Positions 57,841 to 64,000 of a stretch of DNA of 64,000 nucleotides are shown one piece after another. A program made the translations under genes and the position numbers. The stretch is from the NCBI GenBank assembly GCA_913058495.1, contig CAJXQC010000001.1, positions 60,779 through 124,778 on the forward strand, in the 5' to 3' direction. Each line of letters opens with the position of its first letter. Within the stretch, counting starts at the first letter, position 1. Below the pieces are notes generated by a model, which was not told where the DNA came from, searched no databases, and saw only the letters and a program-made list of their open reading frames with translations. This stretch comes from an uncultured Balneola sp. Lineage in GTDB: Bacteria > Bacteroidota > Rhodothermia > Balneolales > Balneolaceae.

Positions 57841-58515
57841 ATGGAAGAATTTTTTAAAGATATTATCCCTTTTTCAACTCAAATGATGGGAGCCGGAGCG
57901 TTGCTGGTAGCAAGCTTTACTTCATTATTTTCAGTAGTTAACCCGCTTACAGCAATGCCAATATTTCTTTCTTTAACAGAGGGAAATACCGAAAAAGAAA
58001 CGGCCCGAACGGCGCGCAAGGCAAGCATTTACATGTTCTTTGTACTGATCACCTTCCTTTTGATCGGGACATATATACTTAGCTTTTTTGGGATATCGTT
58101 GCCCGGAATCAGAATTGCGGGTGGCATTATCATTATGAGAGCCGGCTTTTTTATGATGAATCCTGAGAAAACAGGACGCAAGCTTTCTAAAGAAGATCAG
58201 GAAGCAGCAATGGATAAAGAAGATGTGAGTTTTAGTCCATTGGCAATGCCGTTACTTTCAGGACCGGGAAGTATAGCTGTTGTAATTGGGTTTGGGTCAC
58301 AAGCAACCAGCATGGTAGATTATATAGTAACAGGTGTTGCGGTTTTTTTAACAGCATTTCTGGCTTGGGGTATTTTAAAAGTAGCGCCTTGGTTAAACAA
58401 GTTGATCGGTAAAACAGGGATGACCGTAATTACAAGATTGATGGGTTTTATAGCACTGGCAATTGGAGTTCAGTTCATTATTAATGGGATTGCAAAATTC
58501 TTTGGGATCGGATAG
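57841..58515 (+). CDS. MarC family membrane protein
   Basis: SVVNP, RIAGGII, PLAMPLLSGPGSI, RLMGFI. Confidence 0.92.
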   Translation: MEEFFKDIIPFSTQMMGAGALLVASFTSLFSVVNPLTAMPIFLSLTEGNTEKETARTARKASIYMFFVLITFLLIGTYILSFFGISLPGIRIAGGIIIMRAGFFMMNPEKTGRKLSKEDQEAAMDKEDVSFSPLAMPLLSGPGSIAVVIGFGSQATSMVDYIVTGVAVFLTAFLAWGILKVAPWLNKLIGKTGMTVITRLMGFIALAIGVQFIINGIAKFFGIG

Positions 58516-58958
58516 TGAATTTCGAACAACAAATAGCATATAATTCATGGGCAAATCAGTTGATCGCAGAAGCTATTGGTGAATCAACTGAAACCAGAAC
58601 GGATGCTAGCTTGTTGAAACAATTCGGACATCTTCTTCATGTTGAAATAGAATGGTACAACCGCGTGATGAAAGTGAACGCAGACACTGTAATATGGCCG
58701 ACTCTCAGTTATGAAGAATGTGTAGATTTAATGTCAAAGGGCTCAGCAGTTGATTTCTCGGAATTTCTTCCAATATTGGATGAAGTTTGTTCATATAAGA
58801 ATTCAAAAGGTGTCGAGTACAAAACTAAAGTATCAGAAATTCTACAACATGTGATCATTCATGGACAACATCATCGGGCACAGATCGCATTACTGTTAAG
58901 GCAAAAAGGAGTAACCCCTCCGGGAACAGATTTTATTTATTTCACTCGTCAGTCTTAA
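58515..58958 (+). CDS. DinB family protein
   Basis: YNSWAN, HLLHVE, HVIIHGQHHRAQI. Confidence 0.88.
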   Translation: MNFEQQIAYNSWANQLIAEAIGESTETRTDASLLKQFGHLLHVEIEWYNRVMKVNADTVIWPTLSYEECVDLMSKGSAVDFSEFLPILDEVCSYKNSKGVEYKTKVSEILQHVIIHGQHHRAQIALLLRQKGVTPPGTDFIYFTRQS

Positions 58959-59829
58959 TTCCGGGTACATTTAGGCTCTCACTTTTTAATTTTATTTCAT
59001 AGTCAGAACTTGATTCCCCTACCTCACCGTCTAAATGGATGAAATGCGAATCTGCAATTTTTAAAGACGCTCTGTTAAAAGTAATTACCTCACTAAAAGT
59101 ATCTGGTATCGCTCTACCCAAACTCAGAAGTATAAAAGCCAGACCGAGTTTTAGTCGATTATAAGCAGGTACAATCACCAATTCTAAAAGTTTGTCAGAA
59201 TTTACCGAATTTGGAGAGATCAAGTATTTGCCCCCTTCTACTGCTCCGTTCGCAACTGCGATCAACCAAACTTTGCGGTCAAAACTCGATCCGTCAATTG
59301 TTCCTGAAACACAAATAGGTTTGGCGTTCAGAAAAGCCTTTAATCCTGCAAAAGTATACTTCATGGTTCCTTTCAGCGACTTGAAACCGGAAGCATAATA
59401 ATTGGTCAATCCATCAAAGCCTATACCCGTAGTATTAATAAAGATCTGATCATTAATGACAGGCACATCAACCGAAATCACTTGCTGTTTAAGAATTACA
59501 TCCAGGTAATATTCTACAGGTTGTTTTGTCTTTAACCCGATTGATTTTGCAAAATCATTACCGCTACCCACCGGAATCAATCCCATTAATGCATTCGAAC
59601 CATGAATTCCTCTGGCAATGCTTTGAGCAGTTCCGTCCCCACCACAGGCAATTATAACAGAAGAGCTTTGTGCTGATAGTGAAGCTTCTTTTAAAAGTTG
59701 GTCGGGCGAAGAAATGTATTTGATCTCGCAGTCAGATAGCTTTTTGCGAATAATATCCTCGGAAAGCCGAATAAAATTCTCAGCTCTTGAGGAGTTTGAT
59801 TTACAATTAACAATTAGTGTATAAGTCAC
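58942..59829 (-). CDS. Diacylglycerol kinase family lipid kinase
   Basis: ACGGDGT, PVGSGNDFA, GIGFDG, HLDGE. Confidence 0.92.
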   Translation of the reverse strand: MTYTLIVNCKSNSSRAENFIRLSEDIIRKKLSDCEIKYISSPDQLLKEASLSAQSSSVIIACGGDGTAQSIARGIHGSNALMGLIPVGSGNDFAKSIGLKTKQPVEYYLDVILKQQVISVDVPVINDQIFINTTGIGFDGLTNYYASGFKSLKGTMKYTFAGLKAFLNAKPICVSGTIDGSSFDRKVWLIAVANGAVEGGKYLISPNSVNSDKLLELVIVPAYNRLKLGLAFILLSLGRAIPDTFSEVITFNRASLKIADSHFIHLDGEVGESSSDYEIKLKSESLNVPGIKTDE

Positions 59830-59983
59830 CGAAAAATGTTGATCTTTTGAATACTGATTTGGTGAATATAATCTTTAATAACATTATTGCGATTTCTAAG
59901 TTAACTTCACTTCCTCAATATTTAAACAAACACACAGCACTCTGGAAACTTTAGATACTATTTTAGCCGAATTTTCATCCTTT

Positions 59984-61318
59984 ATGTGGGGAACACCGCT
60001 CGTTGTTTTGTTAGTTGGTGGTGGATTATTCTTCCTTATTTATTCACGTTTTATCCCATACCGGTATTTCTTTCATTCCATAAATATTCTTCGTGGGAAA
60101 TACGACGATCCGGATGATCCGGGAGATATTAGTCACTTTGAAGCTTTAGCGAGTGCTCTTGCTGCCACAGTTGGTTTAGGAAACATATCCGGAGTTGCAG
60201 TAGCAATAGCGATTGGAGGGCCGGGAGCCGTTTTCTGGATGTGGATCAGTGCCATTGTGGGCATGGCAACGAAGTTCTTTACTTGTACACTTTCCATCAT
60301 GTACAGAGGAAAAGATACCAACGGCGATATCCAGGGAGGAACCATGTACATGATCATGGAGGGGCTTGGAAAAAAGTGGAAGCCTCTTGCGGTACTTTTT
60401 GCTGTGGCAGGTTTGTTTGGTCCGTTACCAATTTTTCAGGCAAATCAGGTTACACAAATCGTAAGAGATTTTGTTTTGATACCAAACGGTTTAGCTGATG
60501 CTGCTAATCATTTCAATACAGATCTGATAAGCGGAATCGTAATTCTGGCTATTGTTTCTTTAGTTATTTTCGGAGGAATTAAACGAGTAGGGAAAGTGGC
60601 TTCAAAAATGGTTCCGGCGATGGTGGTTATATATGTAGCGTGTGTGTTGGTGATCATTGGAATCAATATTGATATGCTTGGAAGTACGTTCGCTTTAATT
60701 TTCACAGATGCTTTTACAGCTAATTCGGCAATGGGTGGCGCGCTTGGAGCACTGATCGTAACCGGAGTTAGAAGAGCAGCATTCTCAAACGAAGCCGGAA
60801 TTGGTACGGCAACACTTGCTCACGGAGCTGCAAAAACGAAAGAGCCGGTTCGTGAAGGTTTGGTTGCCATGATGGGGCCATTCATTGACACTTTGGTTGT
60901 TTGTACAATGACGGCATTAGCAATTTTGGTAACAGGAGTTTGGCAATCAGGAGATGAAAATGGAATTACACTTACCGCTTCTGCTTTCGAAGCCGCGCTC
61001 GGACCGTATGGTGTTTATCTGTTGATCTTCTGTGTGTTGATCTTCGGATTCAGTTCACTGTTTACCTATTCTTACTACAGTACAAAATGTCTTGGTTTCC
61101 TTATCGGTGCCGACAAGCAGAAATACTTCAATTTCTTTTATGCAGCGGCGATCATATTCGGTTCTGTTGCAACCATACAGGCCGTACTGAACTTTACGGA
61201 TGGAATGTTTGCATTAATGGCTATTCCTACGATGACAGTAGCATTGTTACTTTCACCAAAGGTAATGGCAGCAGCGAAAGATTACTTCGGAAGAATGGAG
61301 AAGAAAGAGATTTTGTAG
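59984..61318 (+). CDS. Alanine/glycine:cation symporter family protein
   Basis: ATVGLGNI, GGPGAVFWMW, FSNEAGIG; true start may be about 14 codons upstream (CTG at 59942). Confidence 0.93.
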   Translation: MWGTPLVVLLVGGGLFFLIYSRFIPYRYFFHSINILRGKYDDPDDPGDISHFEALASALAATVGLGNISGVAVAIAIGGPGAVFWMWISAIVGMATKFFTCTLSIMYRGKDTNGDIQGGTMYMIMEGLGKKWKPLAVLFAVAGLFGPLPIFQANQVTQIVRDFVLIPNGLADAANHFNTDLISGIVILAIVSLVIFGGIKRVGKVASKMVPAMVVIYVACVLVIIGINIDMLGSTFALIFTDAFTANSAMGGALGALIVTGVRRAAFSNEAGIGTATLAHGAAKTKEPVREGLVAMMGPFIDTLVVCTMTALAILVTGVWQSGDENGITLTASAFEAALGPYGVYLLIFCVLIFGFSSLFTYSYYSTKCLGFLIGADKQKYFNFFYAAAIIFGSVATIQAVLNFTDGMFALMAIPTMTVALLLSPKVMAAAKDYFGRMEKKEIL

Positions 61319-61768
61319 TTGAGTGCTAAAAAAAGAATATCAAGTTATCTGTCTACAGCAGTTTTTATTGCTCTTTCCAGTATGTTGCTTATGTCTGTAG
61401 GAGTTTTAGGAGCCATAGCTTTATACAAAGTTTATTTAGGTAGTCCTGACTTATATATCAACTCTGTATGGTTTATTTTTTCTATGATACTTTACTATCC
61501 AATTTATAAAGTGCTTAGTAAAATTAATTATATATGGTTGCATGGAGGCAAAATCAGTGTTGCAAAGGTAAGTATGTTAGGATATGGTGTGCCGACACTT
61601 TTTCCAATGGAAGAAAAGGTTTGTGAACTAAAAGATATTCAAAGTATTTCTTCTAATTCCATCTTTAATAACCTTGTAACTATAGAACTGACTCATGAAA
61701 ACTCACTGATAACTATAAAAAGCTTTTTTAAAAAAGGAGAGTATCAAAAGTTTAAAGCTTTGGTTTAG
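61319..61768 (+). CDS. Hypothetical membrane protein
   Basis: Two N-terminal TM segments; AT-rich. Confidence 0.55.
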   Translation: MSAKKRISSYLSTAVFIALSSMLLMSVGVLGAIALYKVYLGSPDLYINSVWFIFSMILYYPIYKVLSKINYIWLHGGKISVAKVSMLGYGVPTLFPMEEKVCELKDIQSISSNSIFNNLVTIELTHENSLITIKSFFKKGEYQKFKALV

Positions 61769-61806
61769 GTTTTTTGAATGAGTAAAGTTTATTAGGGAAT
61801 AACCCT

Positions 61807-61901
61807 CAACTCTGACAGGATTTAACTTCAGAAAGGTTTTTAAGCCTATGCTCCAATAATCCTGTCAGAGTTGCCCCAACCATAAACAGCATTGACCTCA
61901 G
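61807..61901. repeat. Inverted-repeat element copy 1 plus conserved 3' tail
   Basis: CAACTCTGACAGGATT (61807-61822) and AATCCTGTCAGAGTTG (61858-61873), then CCCCAACCATAAACAGCATTGACCTCAG. Confidence 0.85.
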
Positions 61902-61926
61902 ACATGCCGGAACCAATTTAACGAGA

Positions 61927-62316
61927 CTAAAGCAAGATCAAGTCTAGCTCAGAAGCGATATGTTCAAAGTCTCGGTCATTTTGAAGAAGTGGTAATTGAT
62001 GTTCAATGCAATAGGTAGCAATCACAATGTCTTGTGTTTTTCGAATAGTGATTCCCTTTTTTCTAAGCCTTCGGTAATTATCGGCCGATTTTATTGCTAA
62101 AGAACGGTTCGAAAGTGTATGATACTCAATCATAGAAAGCAGAGATATAGCGGTTTTATAATCTCTGTCATTATTAAACCCTTGCAAAGTTTCTGTAATA
62201 ATTAAGTCACCAATACCGGCTGAATTATCATTAAGAAGAGCCTTCAACTTTCGGGTCGGAACATTATCCACCCCATTAAAGAAGTCAATCCAAACCGAGG
62301 AATCTACAATAGTCAT
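61927..62316 (-). CDS. vapC: VapC PIN-domain toxin
   Basis: IVDSSVWIDFF, ETLQG, DIVIA, LLQNDRDF. Confidence 0.92.
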   Translation of the reverse strand: MTIVDSSVWIDFFNGVDNVPTRKLKALLNDNSAGIGDLIITETLQGFNNDRDYKTAISLLSMIEYHTLSNRSLAIKSADNYRRLRKKGITIRKTQDIVIATYCIEHQLPLLQNDRDFEHIASELDLILL

Positions 62317-62516
62317 GAAACATGCTTACTGGTTCTCATATCATCCAGATCTCCTTCCCATTTAAGTTTTCCAAAATATTTAAGGAGTTCTTTTTGGTTT
62401 TTGGATTCGATGAGTTTTTTTAAACCTTCTTCAACCACAGCTTTTTTTGTCTTTAGCCCGGTTTTTTTCAAGGCCTTTTCCATCAAGTCATCATCAATAT
62501 CAATATTTGTTCTCAT
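62313..62516 (-). CDS. vapB: VapB antitoxin
   Basis: MRTNIDIDDDLM...TKKAVVEEGL...WEGDLDDMR; 4-bp overlap with vapC. Confidence 0.92.
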   Translation of the reverse strand: MRTNIDIDDDLMEKALKKTGLKTKKAVVEEGLKKLIESKNQKELLKYFGKLKWEGDLDDMRTSKHVS

Positions 62517-62591
62517 AGTAAAAACCTCAATGTGTATAGATTTCGAATATTATACACATTTTTAACTTTCCAAGGAATTAGAAATTGCTTC

Positions 62592-62660
62592 CAACTCTGA
62601 CAGGATTTATAAATTCGTTTATGTATAGAAGTCTATATTCTAATAATCCTGTCAGAGTTG
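62592..62660. repeat. Inverted-repeat element copy 2
   Basis: Same perfect 16-bp arms at 62592-62607 and 62645-62660. Confidence 0.85.
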
Positions 62661-62727
62661 TTCTTTTCTAGAGTGTACCAAAGATTTATATTCTGCTTGA
62701 ATTCTAAAAGGCAAACGATCCAACAAA

Positions 62728-63225
62728 GTGATAGATCTTGAAAAACTAACAGGCAGTAAAACCTATGAAGGTGAAAATTGGCTTTATTTTCCTCCCAAAA
62801 AACACGAAGAACTTCCGTTAGAACATAAAGATCAGCTATTCTATCTGGACAATGAATCAAAAGAACACGTCTATAATATTGCTAATGATCTTGATATACT
62901 TTGTGGGGATGACGGTTGGGGGAACAAGCCATTCAGCGGTGGTTGCTATGAGAATGTCATTAAAACAGAAAGCTGGGCAACCGAAGATGAGTTAAAGAAA
63001 TGGATGTATAAATGCGGGGTGCCGTTCAGATCTAAGGTTTTATTGTTGCCCGTATTTGCGCCCAAAGATCAACCAATGCTACAAACAACCTGGAAAATGA
63101 CAGTAAAATATGCAGAGACATTTTTCAGTTATGATAATTTGATCATTCTGGACCCGAAACTAAAATGGTGTCTCTATTATCATCATGATGATATCATATA
63201 TTTTGCAGAAGGAAGGCGTTTTTGA
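62728..63225 (+). CDS. Hypothetical protein between repeat copies 2 and 3
   Basis: 165-aa aromatic-rich open frame; no family recognised. Confidence 0.6.
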   Translation: MIDLEKLTGSKTYEGENWLYFPPKKHEELPLEHKDQLFYLDNESKEHVYNIANDLDILCGDDGWGNKPFSGGCYENVIKTESWATEDELKKWMYKCGVPFRSKVLLLPVFAPKDQPMLQTTWKMTVKYAETFFSYDNLIILDPKLKWCLYYHHDDIIYFAEGRRF

Positions 63226-63291
63226 GGAAATTCGATTTCTAAAATTTGGGATCTTTTCTGAGCCTGAAGTCTCTCCCGGTTTCTAATTTTT

Positions 63292-63388
63292 CAATTTTGA
63301 AAGGATTTTAAGTTCAGAAATATTTAGGCAAACTAAACTCTAACAATCCTATCAGAGTTGTCCCAACCATAAACAACATTGACTTCAG
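63292..63388. repeat. Inverted-repeat element copy 3 (degenerate) plus conserved 3' tail
   Basis: CAATTTTGAAAGGATT and AATCCTATCAGAGTTG arms; tail TCCCAACCATAAACAACATTGACTTCAG matches copy 1. Confidence 0.8.
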
Positions 63389-63479
63389 TCATTTAAACTG
63401 TAAAAAGCTTTAACCCGAATTTTAAATCCCATCAAAAAGCGGTTACTTTAAGTTTAGATGTTAACCTAACTACAAAGTA

Positions 63480-64000
63480 ATGAAGCGACTTTCTATTCTG
63501 ATTTTATTCTTGGCTGTTTCTGTATCAGCTATTGCACAAACTCCTACCATCAAAGAAAAAACCAAAGACCTTAAAATTACAGAGGGTTACTTCGATTATT
63601 ACTTCGATGAAGCCAACGACAAAATGTGGTTGAAGGTGGATAAGTTGAACGAAGAGTTTCTGCATGCTAATTATCTGGCTGCAGGTGTTGGGTCAAATGA
63701 TATTGGGCTGGACAGAAGTCAACAAGGCGGACAGCGAGTGGTTTATTTCGAAAAGCGCGGACCAAAGCTAATGTTGATTCAGCCAAATCTGGATTATGTG
63801 GCAAAGTCAGATAATGAACTTGAAAAGAAATCAGTAAGAGAAGCTTTTGCATCGTCGGTAATTCATGGTTTTAAAATTGAAGCTGAAGAAGGTGGTTCTT
63901 ATCTGATCGATCTGACTCCTTTCTTGATGGATGACTCGCATAATGTTTCCGGAAGATTAAGAAGCATGGGAGAAGGATCGTACAATCTGGATAAAAACAG
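63480..64000 (+). CDS. Zinc-dependent metalloprotease (DUF5117/5118-type), 5' part only; runs off the window
   Basis: Manual translation MKRLSILILFLAVSVSAIAQ...GYFDYYFDE...GVGSNDIGLDRSQ...LIQPNLDY. Confidence 0.8.
   Translation, partial: MKRLSILILFLAVSVSAIAQTPTIKEKTKDLKITEGYFDYYFDEANDKMWLKVDKLNEEFLHANYLAAGVGSNDIGLDRSQQGGQRVVYFEKRGPKLMLIQPNLDYVAKSDNELEKKSVREAFASSVIHGFKIEAEEGGSYLIDLTPFLMDDSHNVSGRLRSMGEGSYNLDKN

Noticed and set aside
61807-63360. Canonical integron attC array
   Set aside because: Arms lack extrahelical bases, R boxes fit RYYYAAC/GTTRRRY poorly and no intI is present; kept only as a hypothesis in findings

Overview
Bacterial chromosomal window, probably Balneolaceae/Rhodothermota-like (inferred from the T9SS C-terminal domain style and the flanking housekeeping genes), in three parts. 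(1) About 1-18.5 kb is accessory cargo: a metal-resistance cluster (P-II, HMA-CDF, di-heme/Rieske/porin trio, ArsR-merTP-merA), two N6-adenine methyltransferase/type IIG-like RM genes, a Panacea-Fic pair and AT-rich single genes. (2) About 18.5-44.1 kb is a GC-richer, almost entirely minus-strand, tightly coupled ~25 kb module ending just upstream of a tRNA(CAU). It has a repressor/Cro-like switch, a primase-ZnF plus helicase pair, a 12-copy TGAAACA iteron region and a lysis cassette, but no recognisable terminase, portal, HK97 capsid or tail genes. Instead it encodes candidate jelly-roll capsid proteins (a 203-aa single domain and a 258-aa tandem duplication), ten tail-anchored membrane proteins (several sharing an SG[YF]...GLG motif), a transglutaminase-like Cys-His-Asp enzyme, a membrane-anchored transglycosylase, a RecA/Sms-like ATPase and a 2409-aa RelA/SpoT + N6-MTase + SNF2 polyvalent protein punctuated by RxNP motifs. 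My best reading is a tailless, membrane-containing (Varidnaviria-like) provirus of an unusual type; the fold assignments are inference and need structure prediction. No integrase or left att site was found in the window. (3) About 44.3-64 kb is mostly core genome (SPFH-NfeD, met operon, transporters). It includes a Met/Cys-rich leader-peptide attenuator stacked upstream of a SAM-I riboswitch, and three ~68-bp inverted-repeat elements bracketing a vapBC pair and an orphan gene.
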